From Candidatus Hydrothermarchaeota archaeon (lineage in GTDB: Archaea; Hydrothermarchaeota; Hydrothermarchaeia; Hydrothermarchaeales; BMS3B), in contig CAZCRG010000001.1 of assembly GCA_964501105.1 (NCBI GenBank), positions 1 through 60,397 of the forward strand: a stretch of 60,397 nt of DNA. Reading direction: 5' to 3'. The notes beneath the pieces were generated by a model. The model did not search any database. It was not told where the DNA came from and saw only the letters and a list, made by a program, of their open reading frames with translations. Position 1 is the first letter of the stretch, and every line of letters begins with the position of its first letter. This document shows, piece by piece, positions 9,626-17,379 of the stretch. Made by a program: the position numbers and the translations under genes.

Positions 9626-10524
9626 ACTTTCACCTTCGCCACAAGGTCTTCAATTATTTCCCTGATACCCTTTCCAGTATTTAAATCTATACCTTCACCG
9701 TCCCTCAGGGTGGCAAAGACATCGCTCCAGGGACCTCGTGTTTTTACTTCCAGGGGCTTCTCCACCTTAACTTCACCCCTTATGGGCAGGTGAATTGTAA
9801 TATAGCTCACCCTTCCGGTGTTGTCTTTATTGAGATAAATCCTCACACTTCTGCCATTAATTCTACCAAAGAAGTAGTCTATTCCCTTTTCAAAGCCCAG
9901 ACTCTCAAGGGCATTCACTATTCTTGGAGGTAGGTCACTGGTTCTGCAGCCGCAGAGAGCACCGCAGCTCTTCTGCATGGCTTTAACCTTAACCTCCAGC
10001 TCCTTAAAGAACTCTGGAGGCGCTCCCAGAATTACCTCGCCATCCTTGTAATCTGCAAACATCCTTGCGCCACCGCAGAGAAAGCTGAGATTTGCCCTTC
10101 CTTCCTTTATAGGTAAGGCAGTTACCTCACCACAAACTGCTATTCCGCCCTTAAAATGGGCCTCAAGGCCATCAACCAGGGCTGCTATCTCCATAGCCTG
10201 CCTGGGATTGAGAATCATTAACACCACATCAGGGTTGGGGAGCTTCTCCAGAGGGGCAATGAGAACTGCCTTTGTTTTTGCAGGCTGAAGTCTGGGCTGG
10301 AGGTCAATAAAGCTAGGCTCCTGAAAGCCCAGGGCTATAAGCGATTCTGGGCATTCCTCATCATCCTCCAGCATCAGCAAGGTCTCTCCAAGAGCAGCCC
10401 TCTTTACAAACTCGCAGTACCTGCCTGGCCTCTCAGGCCGTGGGTAACCCTGGGGCAACTGCTCAAAAATCTTAATTCCAACAAGACTGTACCTACTTCC
10501 AAAGTATTCTCTTATTGCCTTCAT
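9622..10524 (-). CDS. DUF169 (COG2043)-like Cys-rich protein with a C-terminal extension of about 70 aa
   Basis: The N-terminal two thirds resemble DUF169 (YCEFVKRA, ECPESLIALGF, SFLCGGARMF, CGALCGC). There are 8 Cys in total. The stop overlaps the SepCysS start. Confidence 0.55.
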   Translation of the reverse strand: MKAIREYFGSRYSLVGIKIFEQLPQGYPRPERPGRYCEFVKRAALGETLLMLEDDEECPESLIALGFQEPSFIDLQPRLQPAKTKAVLIAPLEKLPNPDVVLMILNPRQAMEIAALVDGLEAHFKGGIAVCGEVTALPIKEGRANLSFLCGGARMFADYKDGEVILGAPPEFFKELEVKVKAMQKSCGALCGCRTSDLPPRIVNALESLGFEKGIDYFFGRINGRSVRIYLNKDNTGRVSYITIHLPIRGEVKVEKPLEVKTRGPWSDVFATLRDGEGIDLNTGKGIREIIEDLVAKVKV

Positions 10525-10531
10525 AAAATTC

Positions 10532-10783
10532 TTACTCCAGAGCCGGGATTTCTATATAAATCTCGTAGGTCATATCTCCAACTTTTTTAACCTCTGTTAC
10601 CTTGTAACCCTTGTTCTCCTGCTGAAGGCTTCTCGGTATACTTTCCACTGCTGGTGGGTAGTCCACTATAACCTTGAGCTTTCCTCCACCTGAGTAGCCT
10701 ATCTCCTCGGCCTTGATCTTTGTGTAAACAAAGGTGTCGGGGCAGCGCTCTCCCCTTAAATCAAGAGTCTCATAGTCGCTCAT
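10532..10783 (-). CDS. TusA/SirA-like sulfur carrier protein
   Basis: 83 aa. LDLRGERCPDTF matches the TusA D-x-R/K-G-x-x-CP active-site Cys motif. The ATGA junction overlaps the E1 gene's stop. Confidence 0.7.
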   Translation of the reverse strand: MSDYETLDLRGERCPDTFVYTKIKAEEIGYSGGGKLKVIVDYPPAVESIPRSLQQENKGYKVTEVKKVGDMTYEIYIEIPALE

Positions 10784-11568
10784 TCACCCACCTCACACAC
10801 ATCTTCAACTGGCTTAGGTATGAACTCAGCGCCACAGGCAGAACAGTTGTCTCTCCTCCTTATATTCACCACATCGAAGCTCATAATGTCGGCATTTATA
10901 ATCAGAAGCTTATTTTTCAGCCCTATCTCTAAACCTGCAAGGTAGCGGATTGCCTCTGTTGCCTGAATGGCTCCAACTATTCCAGTAACACTTCCAAGGA
11001 TTCCTGCCTCCCTGCAGGTGGGTATAGTACCCTGAGGTGGTGCCTCAGGAAAGACACACCTGAAGCAGGCTGTCTCCTTAGGAATAATACTCATAACCCT
11101 GCCTTCATACATCAGAGCAGCGCCGTGAAAGAGGGGAATGTTATTAACTACAGCAGCATCGTTGACAGCATAGCGCACAGCAAAGTTGTCTGTGCCGTCG
11201 ACTATTGCATCGTAGCCCTTCAGAAGATCAAAGGCATTGTCGTAGGTTATCTTCTCAGTTATCCCCTCAACTTTAATCTCAGGGTTGACCTCCTGAAGTC
11301 TCCTTGCTGCAAGCTTTGCCTTGGGCTTACCTACATCTTCAGGTGTGTAGAGAAACTGGCGATTTAAATTGCTCAGCTCCACATTGTCCATGTCAAAGAT
11401 GTGGATTTCTCCCACACCTGCAAGAGTTAAGTAAGTGGAAACTGGCGAGCCCAGGCCGCCTGCACCAGTAACTGCCACCTTTGCTGCTTTGAGTTTTGCC
11501 TGCTCCTTTGTTCCAAAATCCTGAAGAATCAACTGCCTTGAGTAGCGTTTAATCTCATTTAAATTCAC
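10780..11568 (-). CDS. ThiF/MoeB/UbaA-type E1-like adenylyltransferase
   Basis: RYSRQ, nucleotide loop GAGGLGS, catalytic region PTCREAGILG, and zinc pairs CFRC and CSAC. There is no rhodanese domain. The GTG start overlaps the upstream stop. Confidence 0.85.
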   Translation of the reverse strand: MNLNEIKRYSRQLILQDFGTKEQAKLKAAKVAVTGAGGLGSPVSTYLTLAGVGEIHIFDMDNVELSNLNRQFLYTPEDVGKPKAKLAARRLQEVNPEIKVEGITEKITYDNAFDLLKGYDAIVDGTDNFAVRYAVNDAAVVNNIPLFHGAALMYEGRVMSIIPKETACFRCVFPEAPPQGTIPTCREAGILGSVTGIVGAIQATEAIRYLAGLEIGLKNKLLIINADIMSFDVVNIRRRDNCSACGAEFIPKPVEDVCEVGE

Positions 11569-12032
11569 TTTTTCTCCTCCCTGATATACTCCTCAATCTC
11601 TCTTACGAATTTGTTGCCAAGGGCTTCAATTCTTAGCTCAAAGTCCTCATCAACATCTTCTCCAATGCCTATGCCGGGGCATTCCTCGGCTGCCCCCACC
11701 TTGAGAACAATCTCATCAGAGTAGATAACTCCATCGAAGAGGAAGGGATACATCTGGCAGGAGAGAGGTTTGGCATCAAGGTTGTGAAGAGAGCAGGAAA
11801 AGTCATCTTTGAGAAATATGCATCTGTCCTGCTTTCCCTTAAGTCTGAAGAGTCCCTTTCCTGCCTCGCTCTCAATGAACTCCTCTGGCTTAAGTCCTGT
11901 TACTTCTGAGATTCTCTCCTTTCCTCTGGAGGTTATAACTCTCCCGGGAGTGCAGCACTTTGCTCTGCATTCCTTGTAAAGACAGGTGAAGCGCTCAATT
12001 CTGTAGGGTGTATATACAATCAAAAAACTCAA
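11565..12032 (-). CDS. YkgJ/UPF0153-type cysteine-cluster protein (putative Fe-S or Zn protein)
   Basis: CLYKECRAKCC near the N-terminus and further Cys (CIF, CSLH, CQMYPF, ECPG) are typical of the CxxCxxCC family. The TTG start overlaps the MoaD-like gene's stop. Confidence 0.55.
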   Translation of the reverse strand: MSFLIVYTPYRIERFTCLYKECRAKCCTPGRVITSRGKERISEVTGLKPEEFIESEAGKGLFRLKGKQDRCIFLKDDFSCSLHNLDAKPLSCQMYPFLFDGVIYSDEIVLKVGAAEECPGIGIGEDVDEDFELRIEALGNKFVREIEEYIREEKK

Positions 12033-12298
12033 CCTCCAGAAACTGCTGGAAGAATTGAGAGCACATCATCAGGGTTAAGCTCAGTATCTAAACCCTTTTT
12101 GAACCTTACATCCTCATTGTTGTGGAAAATATTTATAAACTGCTTTATATCGCCGCCATCAAGGATTTTCTCTGCAAAGCCAGGGCTCTTTGCTTCTATC
12201 TTTTCAATTACCTCTCTGACAGTACTTCCTTCCACTTCAATCTCTGGTTTTCCTCCTGAAAACTTCCTGAGTGGTGTAGCAAGCCTTACAACTACCAT
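12029..12298 (-). CDS. MoaD/ThiS-family ubiquitin-like sulfur carrier (SAMP-like) ending in Gly-Gly
   Basis: 89 aa ending ILPAVSGG followed directly by the stop codon. The pattern is beta-grasp-like. The start overlaps the ThrC-like gene's stop by 7 nt (ATGGTAG). Confidence 0.75.
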   Translation of the reverse strand: MVVVRLATPLRKFSGGKPEIEVEGSTVREVIEKIEAKSPGFAEKILDGGDIKQFINIFHNNEDVRFKKGLDTELNPDDVLSILPAVSGG

Positions 12299-13527
12299 AT
12301 CACAGCCTCCTTTTTGAGAAGTTTATTAAATTCATCCAGATCAGGTGAAATTTGCTGGGGCTCTTTAAGTCTGTTAATAAGAACATCTTGAGTTTTAAGT
12401 CCATTTCCTGTGATATAGGCCACAACTTTCTCATCTTTATCAATTTCTCCAGCTTCCACCAGATTTTTAAGAGTTCCTATAACAACGCCGCCTGCTGTCT
12501 CTGTGAAGATCCCTTCAGTTCTGGCGAGAAGCTTTATCCCCTCTATTATCTCATCATCATTAGCTGCACCTGCTGTACCTCCTGTTTCTTTGATAAGCTT
12601 CACAGCATAGAAGCCGTCGGCAGGGTTGCCAATGGCGAGGCTCTGCTCTATTGTATTGGGCTTCACTGGCCTTATGGGTTCCCCAGTCCTGAAGGCAGTT
12701 GTTACAGGAGAGCATCCAGAGCTCTGGGCAGCAGTCACTTTTGTGTTAACCTCATCTATCAATCCAGTTACTTCAAGCTCCTTCAGCCCCTTGTGGATTT
12801 TTGTCAGCAGAGAGCCTGAACCCACAGGCGCTATATAGCGCTCTGGAGCCTCCCAGCCCAGCTGCTCTGCAACCTCAAAACCGAGAGTTTTTGAACCCTC
12901 GCTGTAGTAGGGCCTTATATTTATATTCACAAAGGCCCACTCATAGTAGCTGGCTATCTCTGTGCACAGCCTGTTGACATCATCATAGTTCCCATCAACA
13001 GCCACAAGGTTGGGGTCATAGGCTAAAGTGGGTATAATCTTTCCCAGGCTGAGATTTTTTGGTATGAAGATGTAGCAGTTGAGCTTTGCCTTGGCTGCAT
13101 GGGCAGCAACACTGTTGGCAAGATTTCCTGTTGAAGCACAGGCTACTGTGTCAAAGCCGAACTCTATAGCCTTGCTAACTGCTACTGAAACCACTCTATC
13201 CTTGAAGGAGAAGGTCGGGTTGACACTGTCATTTTTGATGTACAATTCCCTGAGGCCAAGAGCTTCAGCAAGGTTGTCAGCCTTATGAAGAGGTGTGAAG
13301 CCTGCCCTCAAATCCACAACTTTTTTTCTGTCCTCAACAGGGAGAAAGTCTATATAGCGCCACAGTGTTGGCTCACCCTTCTCTATTTTCTCTCTGGATA
13401 CCCTTTCTTTAATCACTTCATAATCATACTCAACTTCAAGAGGTCCAAAGCATTCTTCACAGATATTTACAGGTTGAACCTCATATTCTGCTCCGCAGTT
13501 TCTGCATTTTAATCCAATTACCTTCAT
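12292..13527 (-). CDS. Threonine-synthase-family PLP enzyme (fold type II) with an N-terminal zinc ribbon
   Basis: CRNCG...CEEC ribbon, PLP-lysine motif SFKDR, and a Gly-rich loop GSGSL. AGGTGAT lies upstream of the ATG. It may be authentic ThrC or a thiocarboxylate-dependent sulfhydrylase (see findings). Confidence 0.8.
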   Translation of the reverse strand: MKVIGLKCRNCGAEYEVQPVNICEECFGPLEVEYDYEVIKERVSREKIEKGEPTLWRYIDFLPVEDRKKVVDLRAGFTPLHKADNLAEALGLRELYIKNDSVNPTFSFKDRVVSVAVSKAIEFGFDTVACASTGNLANSVAAHAAKAKLNCYIFIPKNLSLGKIIPTLAYDPNLVAVDGNYDDVNRLCTEIASYYEWAFVNINIRPYYSEGSKTLGFEVAEQLGWEAPERYIAPVGSGSLLTKIHKGLKELEVTGLIDEVNTKVTAAQSSGCSPVTTAFRTGEPIRPVKPNTIEQSLAIGNPADGFYAVKLIKETGGTAGAANDDEIIEGIKLLARTEGIFTETAGGVVIGTLKNLVEAGEIDKDEKVVAYITGNGLKTQDVLINRLKEPQQISPDLDEFNKLLKKEAVIW

Positions 13528-13580
13528 GGCATCACCTAAGATAGTAGATATTATTACTACTATATATATTTTTTGGTGAT

Positions 13581-13601
13581 ATAATTACTATTAGTAATTA
13601 T
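13581..13601. promoter_or_regulatory. Perfect 21-bp palindrome in the divergent promoter region (candidate operator)
   Basis: ATAATTACTA-T-TAGTAATTAT has 10-nt arms. It lies between the TATA-like elements serving the sulfur operon (minus strand) and PHI (plus strand). A related element TAGTAG-N9-CTACTA sits at 13542-13562 and shares the ATTACTA half-site. Confidence 0.4.
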
Positions 13602-13642
13602 TGTGCTAAGCCTTAAATATTATCAGATTTTAAGATATACCT

Positions 13643-14230
13643 ATGGAGATTCTGAGAGATGCAATTCAGAGCATTACAGAGCATGTCAATAATGTTGCTA
13701 AAGAACTAAATGAAGAAGAGGTGGAGAGTCTAATTCAGGCTATTATCAACTCAAGGAAAATCTTTGTTTATGGTGCCGGGAGAAGTGGCCTGGTAGCTAA
13801 AGCCTTTGCCATGCGTCTCATGCACCTCGGCATAAATGTCTATGTGGTGGGAGAGATTGTTACTCCATCCATAGAGAAGGAAGACCTTCTTATTACCATC
13901 TCAGGCTCAGGAGAGACCACCAGCATAGTCACAGCAGGCAAGATAGCCAAGAGTTCAGGAGCAAAGCTTGCAGTTATAACCACTTATCCTGCTTCATCTC
14001 TCGGAAAGATGGCAGATATTATTGTTGCCATTAAAGGTAGAACAAAGCTGGAAGGGGAGAAGGACTTCTTTGTGCGCCAGATTAAGGGAGAGCACTATCC
14101 CCTTGCCCCACTGGGCACCCTCTTTGAGATTGCAGTCTTGATCTTCCTTGACGCTCTTATAGTAGAACTTATGGTGAGACTGGGCAAGAGCGAGGAAGAG
14201 ATGAGGCACAGACATACCCAGCTGGAGTAG
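13643..14230 (+). CDS. hxlB: 6-phospho-3-hexuloisomerase (SIS domain)
   Basis: KIFVYGAGRSGLVAKAFAMRLMHLG and ISGSGETTS are SIS/PHI signatures. The 195-aa length fits a stand-alone PHI. Confidence 0.78.
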   Translation: MEILRDAIQSITEHVNNVAKELNEEEVESLIQAIINSRKIFVYGAGRSGLVAKAFAMRLMHLGINVYVVGEIVTPSIEKEDLLITISGSGETTSIVTAGKIAKSSGAKLAVITTYPASSLGKMADIIVAIKGRTKLEGEKDFFVRQIKGEHYPLAPLGTLFEIAVLIFLDALIVELMVRLGKSEEEMRHRHTQLE

Positions 14231-14479
14231 TATCTGAGTATAAGAGGGAGATTTCAAATTGACAGAGGTCTAAGTTTGTAAGAGCAGTGATTGAAGATGT
14301 GGTGAAGTATTTATTCCCTTTGACTTAAAAAAAGACTGCAATTGTCCCTCTTATATGGATTCTGAGAGCAACATTATAGAAGCTATTTCGCCTGCCTCAG
14401 TGATACTCTTTAAGCATTTTCTCTTAGCCTTTTTATTTCATCATCTACTCCAGGCGAAAGCTTTATATGCTATTGCAAA

Positions 14480-14500
14480 GTACTTTATAATATAAAGTAC
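14480..14500. promoter_or_regulatory. Perfect 21-bp palindrome overlapping a TATA-like box (candidate autoregulatory operator)
   Basis: GTACTTTATA-A-TATAAAGTAC ends 11 nt before the ATG at 14512. The operon it precedes encodes a winged-helix regulator. Confidence 0.45.
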
Positions 14501-14511
14501 ATGGTAAAAGT

Positions 14512-15057
14512 ATGGATGAACTTGAGGAACTCCGGGAGATGATTGAGAGGAGTATGAGGGAGCACGACATACCCTACCAAAGAAGGCAGGCTCTGATCTG
14601 GGGCACTGCAACTGCTGCTGGCTTTCTGGTAACCCAATGGCTTTATAACCTTGCTATGGCAGGCAGAATTACAGGCTATGAGATACTGGTCTTCTGGCTT
14701 TTTCTTGTAACCGCAACCCACCTTATCTCCAGGAGACTCCTTGGCTTACCCGAGATGGAATCCTACTTTTCCAGACTTTACAACCAGTTCTGGAAGTTAG
14801 CCTTCTACACCATAATTGTGGCTATAGCAGTGGGAATGCTAACACAGCCGAGATATACTGGAGCCATAATAGCCCTCATAGTCGGGCTGATGATTGCCAT
14901 CGCCGGATCTATGTTCAGGAGCAGATATACACTATTGGCAGGTCTGTTCTACTCCAGTGCAAGTATTGCCATGGTATTCCTCTGGCAGTATCAGTTTGTA
15001 CTTTTTGCACTGCTTCAGTTTGCAACTCTTATAATACCCAATATAAAGCGAGAGTGA
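14512..15057 (+). CDS. Multi-pass membrane protein, hypothetical
   Basis: 181 aa with a charged N-terminus followed by 4-5 TM helices. The HTH gene follows after 3 nt. Confidence 0.5.
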   Translation: MDELEELREMIERSMREHDIPYQRRQALIWGTATAAGFLVTQWLYNLAMAGRITGYEILVFWLFLVTATHLISRRLLGLPEMESYFSRLYNQFWKLAFYTIIVAIAVGMLTQPRYTGAIIALIVGLMIAIAGSMFRSRYTLLAGLFYSSASIAMVFLWQYQFVLFALLQFATLIIPNIKRE

Positions 15058-15060
15058 AAA

Positions 15061-15330
15061 ATGGGAGTTCTTGACTCAAGAATAAGAGTTTTTGCCCTAG
15101 CAATCCTCTCAGGAGTAGAGAAGGCAAGCTTTAGTTATCTTAAGGACAGGCTAAAGACCACCGACGGAAATCTGAGTGTACATATGCAAAAATTAAGCGA
15201 TGCTGGCTATGTGGTGATGGAGAAGGTTTTTGAAGGTAAGAAACCAAGAACTTACTATTCAATAACATATAAGGGCAGAAAAGCATTGATGGAATATGTT
15301 GAAGAGCTTCACAAAAGTATGGAGGTATAG
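15061..15330 (+). CDS. Winged-helix transcriptional regulator (HTH_34/ArsR-like)
   Basis: SFSYLKDRLKTTDGNLSVHMQKLSDAGYVVMEKVFEGKKPRTYYSITYKGRKAL matches the TdGNLs.Hl.kLe.aGYv pattern of the small wHTH family. Confidence 0.72.
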   Translation: MGVLDSRIRVFALAILSGVEKASFSYLKDRLKTTDGNLSVHMQKLSDAGYVVMEKVFEGKKPRTYYSITYKGRKALMEYVEELHKSMEV

Positions 15331-15411
15331 GCTATAATTGTAGCTTCCAATATAAACGGCTGGAACGGCTGGAGTAGAAACCTTTATATCATTTAAGTTA
15401 GCAATAAAAAT

Positions 15412-15975
15412 ATGGGGAATAGGCTTCAGAGGTTGCTGGTTTTGTTTATTTTGCCTTCAAGTCTTGTTCTCTGCTATTTTATAATTTCCCAGGGGCTTGA
15501 GACAGGCGAGGTAGGCATGAAGGCTGTAGAAGACTACTTCTCCTTTTATACTGAACCCTACTACAATATGAGATTTATGGCAGCTCTTTCTGTTGCTTCC
15601 ACCAGAGGTAATGCAGCAGTGGAGGAGCTCAACTCCGCCATGGAGAATTTCAATAGTGGCAATATTGCCATGGCTTCTAAGAATATTGAGAATGCCCAGT
15701 TCTATATCTCAGAATTTGAGAAGGCCCTACCGAAAGTTGAAGAAGAGGTCTACAACAAAGAAAGCAGGCTGGCATACAACTCCCTTAAAGGAATGCTCGA
15801 AGCTCAAAAAGACATGCTATTTTATCTCAAGGAGGGATTGGACAAAGCTGCCCTTGGTGAAGATTACAATGAAGAGATGAATATGTACAACAGGGCAGCC
15901 ATGCGCTACGATGCTCATGCAAGAGCTCTATTTGAATTTCAGAAGAAGACCACTGGTGTAGTTGCTGCCGGGTAG
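15412..15975 (+). CDS. N-terminally membrane-anchored helical protein, hypothetical
   Basis: 187 aa. A signal or anchor helix LLVLFILPSSLVLCYFII is followed by a predicted all-helical polar domain. Confidence 0.45.
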   Translation: MGNRLQRLLVLFILPSSLVLCYFIISQGLETGEVGMKAVEDYFSFYTEPYYNMRFMAALSVASTRGNAAVEELNSAMENFNSGNIAMASKNIENAQFYISEFEKALPKVEEEVYNKESRLAYNSLKGMLEAQKDMLFYLKEGLDKAALGEDYNEEMNMYNRAAMRYDAHARALFEFQKKTTGVVAAG

Positions 15976-16019
15976 TATAGGTAGTATTTATTTATAATGG
16001 GAAAGCGCCACTATAAAAT

Positions 16020-17348
16020 ATGGCCTTAGACAAGCTGGGAGAGAGTTTAAGCGGTGTTCTCAGAAAGATTTCGAGAGCTGGAATAGTTGATGAAAGACTT
16101 GTTAAGGAGATAGTCAAGGATATCCAGAGAGCCCTCCTCAGCGCTGACGTAAATGTCAAGCTGGTAATGCAGATTTCAAAAAGAATACAGGAGAGGGCAC
16201 TTAAAGAGAAGCCCAAGCCGGGGCTCGGGAGGAAGGAACATGTAATAACCATTCTTTATGAAGAGCTTTCAAATCTTCTTGGGCCAAGTGGAAGATACTC
16301 CCTGCCCAATAAAGCGAGAATACTCATGGTAGGTCTTCAGGGTTCAGGTAAGACCACAACAACTGTAAAACTTGCCAGGTATTTTTCAAAGCGAGGATTA
16401 AGCACCTCCATAATAGCTGCCGATACTTACAGGCCAGCGGCCTATGAGCAGCTTGTTCAGCTGGCAGAGCCCTTTAAAATAAAGGTTTATGGAGAGCCTG
16501 AAAATAAGAATGCTCTCGAAATTGTGAAGCACGGCCTTGAAGAGCTCAAGACAAGTATTGTTATCCTGGACACTGCAGGAAGGCACAGAAGCGAGGAGGA
16601 GCTCTTTGAGGAAATGAGGGCCATCAATGAGATCTTTAAACCCGACGAGAAGTTTCTTGTTATAGACTCCAATATAGGACAGCAGGCAGGTGCCCAGGCT
16701 AAAGCCTTTCATGAAGCTATAGGCATAACTGGTGTTATTCTTACAAAACTTGACGGTTCAGCAAAAGGTGGAGGAGCACTGAGTGCTGTGGCAGAGACTG
16801 GAGCACCTGTGCGCTTCATAGGCGTCGGGGAGAGAGTTGACGACCTGGAAGAGTTCAATCCAGAGCGCTTTATTTCAAGGCTTCTGGGCATGGGAGACCT
16901 TCAGACTCTGCTGGAGAGAGCAAAGGAAGCCATGGACGAGAAGAAAGCCAGAGATATCCTCAAGGGAGATTTTACTCTTGACGACCTCTACGACCAGCTT
17001 CTCAGTATAAGGAAGATGGGGCCTTTAAGCTCTGTGCTCAGCATGATCCCGGGCCTGGGAATGTCTCTGCCCAAGGAAACCTCAAGTATGACAGAGGAGA
17101 AGTTCAAGAGGTTCTTAATTATTATGGACTCCATGACAAAACAGGAGAGGCTCCAGCCAAAGATTATCAACGCCTCAAGAATGAAGAGAATTGCTCGAGG
17201 CTCTGGCTCAAGGCTTGAGGATGTGAAGGAACTCATGAACTACTACAACCTGATGCAGAAAGCCTTCAAGGGCTTCAAAAAGGGAAGGCTGAAGAGGGGC
17301 TTCTCTCCAGGAGCTCTTGCTAAGATGATGAGAGGTATGAAGTTCTGA
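16020..17348 (+). CDS. srp54: Signal recognition particle protein SRP54
   Basis: GLQGSGKTTT, DTAGR and TKLD GTPase motifs, plus a Met-rich M domain (LSMIPGLGMSLP). Confidence 0.95.
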   Translation: MALDKLGESLSGVLRKISRAGIVDERLVKEIVKDIQRALLSADVNVKLVMQISKRIQERALKEKPKPGLGRKEHVITILYEELSNLLGPSGRYSLPNKARILMVGLQGSGKTTTTVKLARYFSKRGLSTSIIAADTYRPAAYEQLVQLAEPFKIKVYGEPENKNALEIVKHGLEELKTSIVILDTAGRHRSEEELFEEMRAINEIFKPDEKFLVIDSNIGQQAGAQAKAFHEAIGITGVILTKLDGSAKGGGALSAVAETGAPVRFIGVGERVDDLEEFNPERFISRLLGMGDLQTLLERAKEAMDEKKARDILKGDFTLDDLYDQLLSIRKMGPLSSVLSMIPGLGMSLPKETSSMTEEKFKRFLIIMDSMTKQERLQPKIINASRMKRIARGSGSRLEDVKELMNYYNLMQKAFKGFKKGRLKRGFSPGALAKMMRGMKF

Positions 17349-17379
17349 GGGATATAATTTTACTCTATGGAGTTATAAA

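Noticed and set aside
14346-14400. Sequence ATGGATTCTGAGAGCAAC... resembling the PHI start (ATGGAGATTCTGAGAGATGC at 13643), and an 11-nt inverted repeat TATAAGAGGGA/TCCCTCTTATA at 14240 and 14346
   Set aside because: The similarity covers only about 15 nt. The downstream frame encodes a hydrophobic, low-quality 46-aa peptide. This is too short to call a gene-fragment duplication, and the inverted repeat arms are about 95 nt apart with no supporting feature.
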